Assembly (NCBI GenBank): GCA_963817895.1
Contig: CAWFQB010000006.1
Coordinates: 224,001 to 288,000 of the forward strand
Length of the DNA: 64,000 nucleotides
Reading direction: 5' to 3'
Source of the DNA: an uncultured Chthonomonadaceae bacterium
Lineage (GTDB): Bacteria; Armatimonadota; Chthonomonadetes; Chthonomonadales; Chthonomonadaceae
The notes under the pieces were generated by a model. That model worked only from the letters and a program-made list of their open reading frames with translations. It was not told the origin of the DNA and searched no databases. The stretch's first letter is position 1. Every line of letters starts with the position of its first letter. Of this stretch, positions 10,230 through 21,724 are shown in pieces. A program made the translations under genes and the position numbers.

Positions 10230-11291
10230 ATGAAAGAAATGATGCAGGCGGCGGTTTATCGCGGCGTTAATGATATGCGGGTGGAAGCGGTTGCCGTGCC
10301 GGAAATCGGAGCGGGAGAAGTGTTGATTCGGGTCGGCGTGTGCGGCGTGTGCGGCACGGACTTGAAGAAAATCCACTTCGGGCTTGTGCCGCCGCCGCGT
10401 ATTTTTGGACACGAAACGGCGGGAACCATTGCGGCAGTGGGCGCGGGCGTGGCTGATTGGAGGGTGGGGGAACGGGTTGTCGCGCATCACCATGTTCCCT
10501 GCCTGCGCGACGACTGTTTTTACTGTCAGCGGCGCGTATTCGCGCAATGCCCCACTTACAAGCGCACGGGAATCACAGCAGGATTTGAACCCTCCGGCGG
10601 CGGGTTTGCCGAGTATGTTCGCGTGATGGACTGGTGCGCGGCGCGGGGCATGGTACGGATTCCCGATGATGTAACGCTGGAAGAGGCCAGTTTTGTCGAA
10701 CCGCTCAATACGTGCATGAAGGGCGTACAGATGGCGGACATTCGGGCGGGCGATACCGTCTGGATAATAGGGCAGGGGCCGATTGGACTGCTGTTCACGC
10801 AACTGGCGTCACGGGCGGGAGCGCGGGTTTTAGCCACCGATCATTTTCCTTTTAGACGCGACAAAGCGCGGCAAATGGGCGCGACGGCAGCATTGGAACC
10901 GGACAGCAGAGAGATCGAAGCCACAATAAAAGAGCTTTCCGAAGGGCGTGGGGCTGATCTGGTAATCGTAGCCGTGCCGACAACAAAAATTGTACAGCAG
11001 GCATTCGCCCTATTGCGTCCCGGCGGCAAAACCCTGCTGTTCGCGCATACCCGCCTGAACGACCTGATGGAAGTGGACGCGGGCGCGATCTGTATGCAGG
11101 AAAAAACTCTGCTCGGTTCCTACAGCAGCGACATTCTGTTTCAGGACGAGGCCGCAAGATTAATTTTTGAGCGCGAAATCAATGTTCGCGCTTTAATCTC
11201 ACACCGCTTTGCTCTCGACGCGATTAGTGAAGCCATAAACCTTGCTTCTCATCCACAGGAAACTTCATTGAAAGTAATTGTGAACTGCTGA
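10230..11291 (+). CDS. zinc-dependent alcohol/polyol dehydrogenase (MDR family)
   Basis: GVCGTD, GHE, structural Zn cysteines, GQGPIG. Confidence 0.9.
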   Translation: MKEMMQAAVYRGVNDMRVEAVAVPEIGAGEVLIRVGVCGVCGTDLKKIHFGLVPPPRIFGHETAGTIAAVGAGVADWRVGERVVAHHHVPCLRDDCFYCQRRVFAQCPTYKRTGITAGFEPSGGGFAEYVRVMDWCAARGMVRIPDDVTLEEASFVEPLNTCMKGVQMADIRAGDTVWIIGQGPIGLLFTQLASRAGARVLATDHFPFRRDKARQMGATAALEPDSREIEATIKELSEGRGADLVIVAVPTTKIVQQAFALLRPGGKTLLFAHTRLNDLMEVDAGAICMQEKTLLGSYSSDILFQDEAARLIFEREINVRALISHRFALDAISEAINLASHPQETSLKVIVNC

Positions 11292-11293
11292 AA

Positions 11294-11398
11294 TTGTCTT
11301 GAACCATGATTAGGCATGATTTCGATGATTACCATGATTTCAGCACACGCTCCCTCATGGTAATCAAAATAATCATGTCTAATCATGGTTCAAGACAA
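11294..11398. repeat. 105-bp palindromic element with (CATGATT)-type units, copy 1
   Basis: 18-bp terminal inverted repeat TTGTCTTGAACCATGATT ... AATCATGGTTCAAGACAA; second copy at 59832-59936. Confidence 0.85.
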
Positions 11399-11470
11399 AC
11401 ACCAACTATAACATTTACCATGAACTCACAACTGTCAACCACCAATCACCAACCACCAACCACCAACACC

Positions 11471-12514
11471 ATGCTTGCGGGTGTTCTGCACGGCAAGGAA
11501 GACGTTCGGGTTGAGCGGGTTGCGCTACCTGACGTGAAAACCGGGGAAGTTCGGGTACGTATCGGGGCCGCGCTAACGTGCGGCACGGATGTCAAAGTCT
11601 ATCGCCGGGGCTATCATGCCCGCATGATTCAGCCGCCCGCTGTTTTTGGACACGAAATGGCGGGTACGATTGACGCGGTAGGGTCTAATGTGGACGGCTG
11701 GCAGACCGGGCAAAGAGTCGTCATTGCCAATTCCGCGCCGTGCGGCGTCTGCTTCTACTGTCGGCGCGACCATACAGAACTGTGTGAAGATTTGCTGTTC
11801 CTCAACGGCGCGTATGCCGAAAGCCTTGTGGTTCCCGCCCGTGTGGTACAGCAAAACATGCTGCCCTTGCCCCACCACGTTGCTTTTGAAGCCGCCGCCT
11901 TTACGGAACCCCTCGCCTGCGTGGTTCGCGGCATGGAAGAGATGCCTGTAGAAGCCGGAGAAACCGTTGTTGTCTTAGGGCTGGGGCCGATTGGATTGGG
12001 ATTTGTCGCGTTGTGCAAACTGGCGGGCGCGCGGGTTCTGGCGGTCGGGCGGCGGGCGGAACGACTTGGATTGGCGGTGGAATTGGGCGCGGACGAGGTT
12101 TTCGACGAGCGCGAAATGACAAACGTAGTTTCCACAATCCGCGCCCGCACGGAAGAGGGGCAGGGGGCGGACAAAGTGATTGAGGCGGTGGGTAATCCGC
12201 AGGCGTGGGAAACCGCCATCGCGATTGCCCGCAAAGCCGCAACCGTCAGTCTGTTCGGCGGCTGTCCTGCCAATACCAGTATCACCGTGGAAACGCACCG
12301 CATCCACTACGATGAATTGACACTGAAAGGCACGTTCAGCCACACGCCCGCCACATTCCGCAAAGCCCTGCAATTAATTGTGGACGGCAGCGTTCCCGCT
12401 CACAAATTTATACAGCAACGCGCGCCGCTGTCGGAATTGCCCGCCGTTCTCGCCTCCCTCGCCAACGGTTCTAACGGCGCAATTAAAACCTGTATTCTGC
12501 CGCCGCAGCCGTGA
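11471..12514 (+). CDS. zinc-dependent alcohol dehydrogenase (MDR family)
   Basis: TCGTD, GHE, CGVCFYC..C, GLGPIG; preceded by an (ACCAACC)n array. Confidence 0.9.
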   Translation: MLAGVLHGKEDVRVERVALPDVKTGEVRVRIGAALTCGTDVKVYRRGYHARMIQPPAVFGHEMAGTIDAVGSNVDGWQTGQRVVIANSAPCGVCFYCRRDHTELCEDLLFLNGAYAESLVVPARVVQQNMLPLPHHVAFEAAAFTEPLACVVRGMEEMPVEAGETVVVLGLGPIGLGFVALCKLAGARVLAVGRRAERLGLAVELGADEVFDEREMTNVVSTIRARTEEGQGADKVIEAVGNPQAWETAIAIARKAATVSLFGGCPANTSITVETHRIHYDELTLKGTFSHTPATFRKALQLIVDGSVPAHKFIQQRAPLSELPAVLASLANGSNGAIKTCILPPQP

Positions 12515-12546
12515 AACGCTTCTGTCAGGTAAGACGTACAAAGCGC

Positions 12547-13419
12547 ATGGATAACCAATGGGAACACCGGTTTGTAAATACCAATGGAATTCGGCTGCAT
12601 GTGGCGCAGGCGGGGCCAGAAGAGGGGCCGCTCGTGATTTTGCTGCACGGGTTCCCTGAATTCTGGTACGGGTGGCGGCGTCAGATAGACGCATTGGCGC
12701 AGGCGGGCTATCGCGTGTGGGTTCCCGATCAGCGCGGCTACAATGGCAGCGACAAGCCCAAAGGCATTGGCGCGTATACCATGCCGAAACTTGGCGGCGA
12801 CGTTCTCGGCCTGATGGATGCGGCGGGACAGGAGAAAGCCTGTGTTATTGGACACGATTGGGGCGCGAATGTGGCCTGGTGGCTTGCATTGAACGCGCCA
12901 CAGCGCTTGGAACGGCTGGGCATTTTGAACGTGCCGCACCCATCCGTGTTTCTGCCGCACATTCGGCGCCATCCGCGCCAGATGCTGCGCAGTTGGTACG
13001 TGCTTTTCTTTCAATTGCCCTGGCTGCCGGAATGGTTGTCGCGCCGGGGAAACTGGCAAATGCCGGCCCAATCCATGCTGCGCAGCAGTCGCCCGAATAC
13101 GTTTTCCTCTGCCGATATGAACGCTTACCGGCAGGCATGGTCGCAGCCCGGCGCGTATACCGCCATGCTGAACTGGTATCGCGCCCTGATACAGCGTCCC
13201 ACTCCGCCGCCTGTCAGCCCCCGCGTCACGGTTCCGACCCTGATGCTGTGGGGCGCGAACGATATATTCTTAGACCGGGAACTGGCGCAGGCGAGTATTG
13301 ATTTGTGCGACAATGGCGAACTCGTGTATTTCGAGGAGGCCACGCACTGGCTGCACCACGAGGAGCCGGAGCGCGTCAACTTCCTGCTCGAAACCTTCCT
13401 GAGCCGCAATTTTGAATGA
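12547..13419 (+). CDS. alpha/beta hydrolase, epoxide hydrolase-like
   Basis: LHGFPE, DQRGY, GHDWG, HW..HEEP. Confidence 0.9.
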   Translation: MDNQWEHRFVNTNGIRLHVAQAGPEEGPLVILLHGFPEFWYGWRRQIDALAQAGYRVWVPDQRGYNGSDKPKGIGAYTMPKLGGDVLGLMDAAGQEKACVIGHDWGANVAWWLALNAPQRLERLGILNVPHPSVFLPHIRRHPRQMLRSWYVLFFQLPWLPEWLSRRGNWQMPAQSMLRSSRPNTFSSADMNAYRQAWSQPGAYTAMLNWYRALIQRPTPPPVSPRVTVPTLMLWGANDIFLDRELAQASIDLCDNGELVYFEEATHWLHHEEPERVNFLLETFLSRNFE

Positions 13420-13425
13420 GAAGAC

Positions 13426-13456
13426 AGCCGCGAATGAACGCGAATGAACGCGGATA
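13426..13456 (+). repeat. decamer tandem (CGCGAATGAA)n just after a stop codon
   Basis: agccgcgaatgaacgcgaatgaacgcggat; related run at 27281-27310. Confidence 0.7.
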
Positions 13457-13556
13457 AATAGACGGCTACATGCGCAAGGATACATCAGGTGTAGCAGACA
13501 CGGACTTCATCAGCCCGAACGCTTGACCGAAGCAAAACCATCACAAAGCAACTAAA

Positions 13557-14028
<472 letters not shown>

Positions 14029-14143
14029 AAAAGGAGAAAAGGAGAAGAGGAGAAAAGGAGAGGAATTTTTAATCTCCAGTCCCTTTTCGTTTATTTCGTG
14101 TATTTAGCGGTTCCCATTCTCCTCTTCTCCTTTTCTCCTTTTC
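14029..14143. repeat. inverted pair of octamer arrays (AAAGGAGA)n ... (TCTCCTTT)n
   Basis: aaaaggagaaaaggagaagaggagaaaaggaga ... tctcctcttctccttttctccttttc; starts directly after the TAG at 14028. Confidence 0.8.
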
Positions 14144-14154
14144 TGTATTGGGGC

Positions 14155-14184
14155 TTGACAGGCGGGCGGGAATCGTGTTAGAGT
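14155..14184 (+). promoter_or_regulatory. sigma70-like promoter
   Basis: TTGACA - 18 nt - TAGAGT with TG extension; RBS GGGAGG at about 14213. Confidence 0.5.
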
Positions 14185-14251
14185 CAGGGCGCGATATAAT
14201 TCACTACACGCAGGGAGGAAAGCGTTATGTCACCCCTATATCTATGGAAAT

Positions 14252-15739
14252 GTGTCCCGCAGGTATCCTGTAAAAATTTTGGTCGGTCTGTCGGCGCGCT
14301 GCTGGCCGCTGATGGGCGTTCTCAGCATGGCTTCGGTTGTCGCGGCGCGGGCGCAGGAGGATGCAGACCCAAAAAAGCCGGTTGTATCTCAACAGGACAG
14401 CGCGGACAAGCAGGACAAGGGCGATCCGCTGCTTGCGCCCAATGCGCGGGCTGTCGTATCCGCTGTCAACTTTCACTCGCGCCCCAAAGTGGTGTCGGAA
14501 GCGCAGCGTCCTCGCCGCACGGTGCAGCTAGACGGGAAAATCAGTGAGGGCGAATGGGATTTGTTCTATTCCGTCGCGGAGGGGCCAGTAAAAGGGAGCA
14601 TTTACTGCAACTGGGATGACAACTACCTGTATCTGGCCGCGAAAACGGACGGCCCTGCCACCCTCGTCTTTGATATAGACGCCAGTAATGACGGCTGGCT
14701 GCGCGGCTCGGATAATCTGGAAGTGGTAGTCGGGAGTGTGACGGAGGGCGGGCAGCCGTCCGTTACCGCCCGTCTGCTGGACGCTTCCAACAGCAAGGAA
14801 ACCCCCTCATGGGCAGACCGTTCCGCCGATGCCAAACAGATTCAGGTGGCGAGTAAAATGGAGAATGGCGGGCAGGTCGTGGAGATTGCTATTCCCAAAA
14901 GCATGGGCAGTCTGGTCATGCGTCCCGGCGCGAATATCGGGCTGCGCGGCGAGTTTTTGCCGCCCGGCGACGCGAGCGCGTACATGCCGACCGCGCCGTT
15001 TGAACCGCATCTGCTGCTGGACGCGACCCTAGTGGAAGCGCGTCAACTCTCTGCGTCGGGCATCAACCCCAATCTGACCCTTTCCGATAAAAAGTGCGTC
15101 CCCGGCCAGAAACTGTTCGCCACAATGGAGTTGTACAATCAGACCGATGTTCCCATGCCCATCAAAGCCGTGCAGTGGGGCGGCACAACGGGTTCGGTAA
15201 ATGCCGTCAACAGCGTCCGCCGCGTCGCCGTTCCTCCGGTTGGCCCGATGCGCCGCCTGAGACTGGCCTACGAAACCCTGCTTCCCGCCGACCTGCCGCC
15301 TGGAACGTATACCCTACAGGTAACAGTGGATTTGGACAACGGCAAGCAGATACAGTCTTCCACGTCGTTTACGGTTGTGGAACCCTTGCAGCCGCAAATG
15401 TCCACGCAGCCCGACCCGGTGACAGTCGTTGGCCCCACCACGTTTGCGGTTGTCGTAGACGTGTACAATGCCAACCCCGGCCAGATGAACTGCGAGGTTG
15501 ACCTGCTGACCATTCCGCCCGGTTGGGAACTCGTAGACAACAGGCGCACCAAACTGCCCCTGACCGTCGAGAAAGAGGACGGTCACGCGAGCCGCCAGTT
15601 CGTGTTTAAACTGCCCTCCACCACGCCTGCGGGCGATTACCCGCTGGATGCCACCGTCACCTGGCACAAGCGCGTATGGAAACTGCATACCATTGCCCAC
15701 GTCCTGCGCCCGGAACCGGTAGTTCCGAAGAGTCCATAG
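14252..15739 (+). CDS. secreted protein with CBM9/DOMON-like and Ig/NEW3-like domains; true start may be ATG 14227 with a frameshift
   Basis: Signal peptide; LDGKISEGEW..NWDDNYLYLAA; PPGW..PAGDYPL. Confidence 0.6.
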   Translation: MSRRYPVKILVGLSARCWPLMGVLSMASVVAARAQEDADPKKPVVSQQDSADKQDKGDPLLAPNARAVVSAVNFHSRPKVVSEAQRPRRTVQLDGKISEGEWDLFYSVAEGPVKGSIYCNWDDNYLYLAAKTDGPATLVFDIDASNDGWLRGSDNLEVVVGSVTEGGQPSVTARLLDASNSKETPSWADRSADAKQIQVASKMENGGQVVEIAIPKSMGSLVMRPGANIGLRGEFLPPGDASAYMPTAPFEPHLLLDATLVEARQLSASGINPNLTLSDKKCVPGQKLFATMELYNQTDVPMPIKAVQWGGTTGSVNAVNSVRRVAVPPVGPMRRLRLAYETLLPADLPPGTYTLQVTVDLDNGKQIQSSTSFTVVEPLQPQMSTQPDPVTVVGPTTFAVVVDVYNANPGQMNCEVDLLTIPPGWELVDNRRTKLPLTVEKEDGHASRQFVFKLPSTTPAGDYPLDATVTWHKRVWKLHTIAHVLRPEPVVPKSP

Positions 15740-15836
15740 TTGATAGTTGATAGTTGATAGCACAATGCGTCAGTCTCCTCTGGCAGAAACGTCAGGCAAT
15801 CAACTATCAAGTATCAACTATCAACTATCAACTATG
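15737..15836. repeat. inverted heptamer arrays spanning stop to start codon
   Basis: TAGttgatagttgatagttgatag ... caactatcaagtatcaactatcaactatcaactATG. Confidence 0.85.
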
Positions 15837-16790
15837 AACCTAGCCATTGAAACCCAGAACCTGAGCAAGACCTACAAACACTTTACCGCCGTGCGGCATC
15901 TTAATTTGGCTGTGCCGCAGGGCGAGGTGTTTGGTTTTCTCGGCCCCAACGGAGCCGGTAAAACCACCACGATTATGATGCTGTTGGGCAACATACGCCC
16001 GACAAACGGCACGGCCATGCTGCTCGGCAAACCGGTCGGGGACGTGCAAACGCGGCGCAAAGTGGGATTTCTGCCCGAAAAATTCCAGTTCCACGAGTTT
16101 CTCACCGCTACGGAGTTTCTGCATCTGCACGGCAAACTTAACGGCATGAGCCGGGAACAGCGCAATCGCCGCATCCCCCTCGTGCTGGCGCGAGTGGGGC
16201 TGGCGGATCGCGCCAACAGCCGGATACGCGAATTTTCTAAGGGGATGCAGCAGCGCGTGGGATTGGCGCAGGCCATTCTGCACGAGCCGGATGTGGTGAT
16301 ACTGGATGAGCCGACAAGCGCGCTCGATCCTATCGGACGGCGGGACGTGCGCGACATCGTTATGGAATTGCGCGGGCAGGGCAAAACGGTCCTGCTCAAC
16401 TCGCATCTGCTGTCGGAAATCGAAATGACGTGCGACCGTGTTGCCATTATCAAGCGGGGCGAGGTGGCGGCGCAGGGGACGATGGACGAACTGCTTGGAT
16501 TCGCGTCCAGCGTCGAGATCGAAGTGCGTGATATGAATGACGCGGCAATGAACGCCGTCCGGCAAATCGCGTCCAAACTGAAGATCGGACGGGTTCCCAT
16601 TACGCGTTTTACCGCATGGGTGCGGGCGGAAGAGGATGTTCCCGAACTGGCCCGCGCCTTAGTGCAAAATGGCGCGAAACTGCTGGCTCTGGTTCCGCAG
16701 CGCGAAACGCTGGAACAACTGTTTGTCCGCATCATCGAAGGCAGCGTAGAACCCGGCGTAGAGGCTGTTCCAGCCATACTTGAGAAATAG
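15834..16790 (+). CDS. ABC transporter ATP-binding protein (ABC-2 type)
   Basis: GPNGAGKTT, FSKGMQQR, ILDEPT, NSH. Confidence 0.9.
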   Translation: MNLAIETQNLSKTYKHFTAVRHLNLAVPQGEVFGFLGPNGAGKTTTIMMLLGNIRPTNGTAMLLGKPVGDVQTRRKVGFLPEKFQFHEFLTATEFLHLHGKLNGMSREQRNRRIPLVLARVGLADRANSRIREFSKGMQQRVGLAQAILHEPDVVILDEPTSALDPIGRRDVRDIVMELRGQGKTVLLNSHLLSEIEMTCDRVAIIKRGEVAAQGTMDELLGFASSVEIEVRDMNDAAMNAVRQIASKLKIGRVPITRFTAWVRAEEDVPELARALVQNGAKLLALVPQRETLEQLFVRIIEGSVEPGVEAVPAILEK

Positions 16791-16798
16791 GTAAATCT

Positions 16799-17756
16799 AT
16801 GCGTGTCCCTCATCCGATTCCCTATCAGGGTAGTAAGCGCAATCTGGCGGGAATGATATTGCCGTATGTGCCTGCGGATACGCGACGTATTATCGAACCT
16901 TTTGCAGGTTCGGCGGCGGTTTCGCTGGCCGCCGCGCACAGCAAGCAACCCCCCCGAGTTTCTGCTCAATGACATCAATCAACCCCTCATAGAATTGTGG
17001 AAAGCGATCATCAACGAGCCGGAAACAGTCGCATCGGGGTATGCGCGATTGTGGCAGGAGCAGCAGGGGCAGGAGCGCGATTATTACAATCAGGTACGCG
17101 AACGGTTCAACCGGACGCAGGACGCCTGTTTGTTTTTGTATCTACTGGCGCGTTGCGCCAAAGCCTCCATCCGCTACAACAGCAGTGGCGAGTTCAATCA
17201 GAGTCCCGACAATCGGCGTCAGGGGGCGCATCCCGATGCCATGCGTTCGCGCATTTTGGGCGCGTCCCGCTTGCTGCGCGGCAGAACGGAACTGCGCTGC
17301 ACCACGTTCGCGAATGTCCTGACGAATATAGATGCCAGAGACGTGGTGTACATGGACCCGCCGTATCAGGGCGTGTGTGGCGAACGCGACCGGCGCTATA
17401 AGGGCGGCATTGATGTGGAGGCGTTCGTGGACTCCTTGCGCCTGCTGAACCGCAACGACGTTTCGTATATTTTGAGTTACGATGGACAAACCGGCGGCAA
17501 ATCGTATGGCAAACCTCTGCCTGCCGACTTACGCTTGTACCCTATTCTGTTGGACGCCGGACGCTCTTCACAGGCCACGCTATTAGGACGCGACGAAAAA
17601 ACCTTCGAGTCGCTGTATCTTTCTCCTGCTCTCGTCGCCCGTTTGCCTGAATGCGCTATGCCCGGAGTCCGTGCTATAAATTGCGCGGCTATGTTCTTCC
17701 CAATACCCCATAGCAAAGAAACTCATTTCGTTACTCTCCTCTACGCGCTTCCTTAA
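16799..17756 (+). CDS. Dam-family (D12 class) N6-adenine DNA methyltransferase; frameshift at C7 tract 16949-16955
   Basis: ATG 16799 reads MRVPHPIPYQGSKR..IEPFAGSAAV and continues in another frame as FLLNDIN..YMDPPY. Confidence 0.85.
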
Positions 17757-17858
17757 TATGACTGAAACATCCTTTGCCGCAGGCTGTCGTATAGGATACA
17801 ATAGCGTATTCGAGCCACTAATCGCTATGTCTTTGTTCGTTCTGTTTCACTCTCTGCC

Positions 17859-20422
17859 ATGAACATCAAAAACGTTTTTGCCGCAACAATGATTATATTC
17901 GCCTGCGCCCTGACAGGTTTGAACGCGCACGCCGCGCCGCCACACGTTCAGAAAGCCGCCGCGCCTGCCGCCAAAACCGCCAAAAAGAACAGTGGTAATG
18001 CGCAGGTTGTCGGGCTGACGATTACGCCTGCTGTGGCAAGTTTGAGCGGAACTGAAGCCGCGCAGCATCTGCTGGTAACGGCCACGTTTCGGGATGGCGC
18101 GACGCGGGATGTAACGGATGAAGCCGTATTTGCCACTTCAACGCCGAAACTGCTGACGGTTTCCAAATTCGGGGAAGTGAGCGGGATGGGGGATGGGCAG
18201 GGCGCGGTTGCGGCGAAGTGGGGCGGCAAAACAGCAGTGGCAAAGATTGTGACGAGCGGCATGAAAACGCCCGTAACCGTTTCGTTTGTCAATGACGTGG
18301 TTCCGGTTTTGTCGCGGTTGGGATGCAGCAGCGGGGCGTGTCACGGCGCGGCGCAGGGCAAGGGCGGGTTTCGGCTGAGTCTGCGCGGGTACGCGCCCGA
18401 AATAGATTACGTTTCCATCACGCGGCAACTTGGCGGGCGGCGCATCAGCCGCGAAGCCCCGGAACACAGCCTGTTTCTGCGCAAGCCCCTTGCCGAACTG
18501 CCACACCGGGGCGGCAAACGTCTGGACGTGGATTCCCGCGAATACCGCATCCTGCTCGCCTGGCTCAAACAGGGCGCAGCCGGCGCAACCGGCAAGGAGG
18601 CCGCGCTTGCCAAACTGGAAATTCTGCCCGGCGACCGCCAACTGAAGCCGGGAGAAAAACAACGCCTGCTGGTTCGCGCCACGTTTGCCGATGGGCGCAA
18701 CGAAGACGTGACCGGACGCGCCCTGTACAATTCCAACGATGTCGCGCTCGCCACCGTTACCGAGAGCGGGCTGGCGCAGATGCAGCGCGCGGGCGAAACG
18801 GCGATTACGGCAAAATACATGGACAAACTCGCCGTTGTCCGGGTTATCAGCCCGTTCGCGCAGTCGGTTTCCGAAGCCGCGTACAAACCCCGCAACAACT
18901 TTGTGGATGATCTGGTCAACGCCAAACTCAAGCAACTGCATATCGAGCCGTCCGCGCTTTGTACGGATCAGGAGTTTCTGCGCCGCGCGTATATTGACGC
19001 CATTGGAACCCTGCCCACCGCCGACGAAGCCCGCGCCTTTCTGGACGATCCGAGTCCCAACAAACGCGATAAACTGGTGGATGCGCTCTTGCAGCGGCCC
19101 GAATACGGCATGGTGTGGGCGCTGAAATTCGGCGATTTGTTCGTCCTGCGCCGCGAGTACATGCACCGCAAATACGCCATGCTGATGCAGCAATGGCTCA
19201 TGGAGCAGTTCAATCAGAACCGCCCATGGGATAAAATCACGACTGACATTCTTACGGCAAGCGGTTCGCTGGAACAGAATCAGGGCGGGTATTTCTTCAT
19301 CAGCCGCTCGCCGCAAAAGGAGGGCGAGGGGAGTTGGGTGCGCGCCCCGCAGGTGACAGGAGAAATGACCGCAGCCGTCTTTCTGGGAACGCGGATTCAG
19401 TGCGCCAAATGCCACAACCACCCGACCGAGCGCTACACGCAGGACGACTATTACCACTTCACCGCGCTGTGGCAGCAAGTCACGGGCAAGGGCGGCAACG
19501 ACGATGGCGTACCCGAACTGTTACAGGCGACGGCAAATGGCGAAGTGCGCAACCCGCGCACGGGCGAACTGATGAGCGCGCGCCCCTTAGACCGCGCCGA
19601 CCTGGGCTTTGTCAAAACCGTTAAGGGCAAAGACGGCAAGGAACAGGAAGAAGACCGGCGCGTGAAAGCGGCGGCGTGGATCATGCATCAGGACGATTTT
19701 GCCCGCGCCATTGTCAATCGCTTCTGGGCGCGTTGCTTCGGATCGGGAATCGTGGAACCTGTAGACGACATTCGCAGCACCAACCCGGCCAAAAACGAAC
19801 CGCTCATGCGCGGCGTTGTGCGACGATCTGAAGCGGCACAACTTCGACCTGAAAAATCTGCTCGGCACGATACTGAAATCGCGTACCTACCAGCTGAGTT
19901 CGCTGCCCAACAAAACCAACAAGATTGACTTCAAACTGTTTTCGCATTATCAGCCGCGCCGCCTGCCCGCCGAGGAACTGGCGGATGCCGTGTCGCAGGT
20001 AACGGGCGTGTGGGACAAGTATCAGGGCGTGTCGTTGGGAACCCGCGCCTGTGAACTGGCGGATACAGAAATTCCAAGCATCATGCTGGACACGTTCGGG
20101 CGTCCGCAGCGCGTGCAGCCAAGCGACGCGGAGCGCAATTGCAGTCCCGCCATCAGTCAGGCGCTGGCCCTGCTCAACAGCGAAAACATACAGAACAAGA
20201 TGAAGTCCGGCGATTGCGTACTGAACCCGCTTCTGAAATCCGGCAAATCGGATGCGGACACGCTGGACACGCTGTTCCTGTCCGCCCTTGCCCGTCATCC
20301 CTCGCCGGTCGAGTCAAAAGCCTTGCTTGACACTGATTGCGCAAGCTCCGAAGAAAGAAGAGGGCTTTCAGGACGCGCTCTGGTCCCTGCTCAACAGCAA
20401 AGAGTTTCTGTTTAATCATTAA
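17859..20422 (+). CDS. DUF1549/DUF1553 domain protein with Ig-like (Big_2) domains; frameshifts near 19810 and 20340
   Basis: SFVNDVVPVLSRLGCSSGACHG..GKGGFRLSLRGY, FLRRAYID..GTLPT, IQCAKCHNHP, GIVEPVDD, C-terminal DALWSLLNSKEFLFNH*. Confidence 0.85.
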
Positions 20423-20698
20423 CGGCAGGGGTATGATTCCGCCTCTTGCCCCGCCCGTCTGCTGATTTTGGCCCTCAACCTCTGCTCACGCAGGTACTTT
20501 AGCAAGACTCCAATGACGCGGAAGCCCTGAAACTGATGACCCTGCAAGACGAACCCTCCTCGAAAATGAAGCCGACACAGCCACCCCGCGCCACCTCAAA
20601 AACTCCCTGAAACCCCAACCGAAAAACAAAAGCAAAACAACGCCTCACAAGAGCCACCAAACGCAGTATACTATGTTCACGCTTCGGGAGGAAACGTC

Positions 20699-21724
20699 AT
20701 GATTAGTTCCATAGAAATCAAAGGTTTGCGCGGTATTCAGGAGGGAAAGTTGACCGACTTTACCCCTCTCGTTATACTCGTCGGCACAAACGGCTCTGGC
20801 AAAAGCACTGTTCTGGAAGCAATGCTTATGGGCGCAAGTCAGTACCCTGAAAAAGCGATTGGCTATGTTGCAACCAGACGGGCAGGCGTAAAGCAGGGAT
20901 ATGAATGGCTGGTAAGAAGCAACTTTGCTTCCGACTCTTCTGAAAGCAAAGAAATCTACGTTCATGTGACAACGGATGCAAGCTGTGAGCGTACTATTCG
21001 TCTGCATCCGTCAGAAAACATTTTTGGTGATGAGCGGGCAGACTATCTGGGAGAATGGCAAGAAGAATGTGACGGGGAAGAAACCTTAAAAACAAATATC
21101 GGCATTACCTTTCGATATAGCAAACAGGAGCAAACCAGCTATCAAGGCAGGCGTTTGAATGGTGTTGACAACCTGCGTATTCTTGAGTCGGAAATTGGCG
21201 CAGGGGGCAAACCTTTGCACACATTGTACACAGAGGCTGCAAAGGCAGGGCGTCGCGAAGATGTCAATGGTTTGCTCCGTGACATTATTCCTGGATTATC
21301 CCATATAGAAATTCTTACAGAAGAAGATTCTCCGATTATCCATCTGGTCTATAAGGATCGCAGCATCCCTGCGGCTATTGCGGGAAACGGCATTTACACA
21401 TTATTGCGCTTGGCACTGGAACTTGCCGCGACTCCTGATAAAGTAGTTTTGCTGGAAGAACCGGAAGTTTACAAACATCCCGGAGCGCTGCAACAAACCG
21501 CGCGGGCAATATGGGCGGCAATTCGGCGCGGTATTCAGGTGATTATTTCCACGCACAGTTTGGACTTGATAGATTCTCTGATGTTTGAGGTTCAGAATAA
21601 AGAAGAACTTGATCAGATGAGCGTGTACCGACTGTTGCTGGTTGAGGGTTGCCTGCGCTCCTCGCGGACAGCAGGCGAGGAAATCAATTTCGTTCGCGCA
21701 GAAATTGGGGATGACCTGCGGTGA
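20699..21724 (+). CDS. ABC/AAA_21-type ATPase (AbiEii/OLD-like)
   Basis: ISSIEIKGLRGI, Walker A GTNGSGKST, Walker B LLEEPE, ISTHS; visibly lower GC than the flanks. Confidence 0.85.
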   Translation: MISSIEIKGLRGIQEGKLTDFTPLVILVGTNGSGKSTVLEAMLMGASQYPEKAIGYVATRRAGVKQGYEWLVRSNFASDSSESKEIYVHVTTDASCERTIRLHPSENIFGDERADYLGEWQEECDGEETLKTNIGITFRYSKQEQTSYQGRRLNGVDNLRILESEIGAGGKPLHTLYTEAAKAGRREDVNGLLRDIIPGLSHIEILTEEDSPIIHLVYKDRSIPAAIAGNGIYTLLRLALELAATPDKVVLLEEPEVYKHPGALQQTARAIWAAIRRGIQVIISTHSLDLIDSLMFEVQNKEELDQMSVYRLLLVEGCLRSSRTAGEEINFVRAEIGDDLR

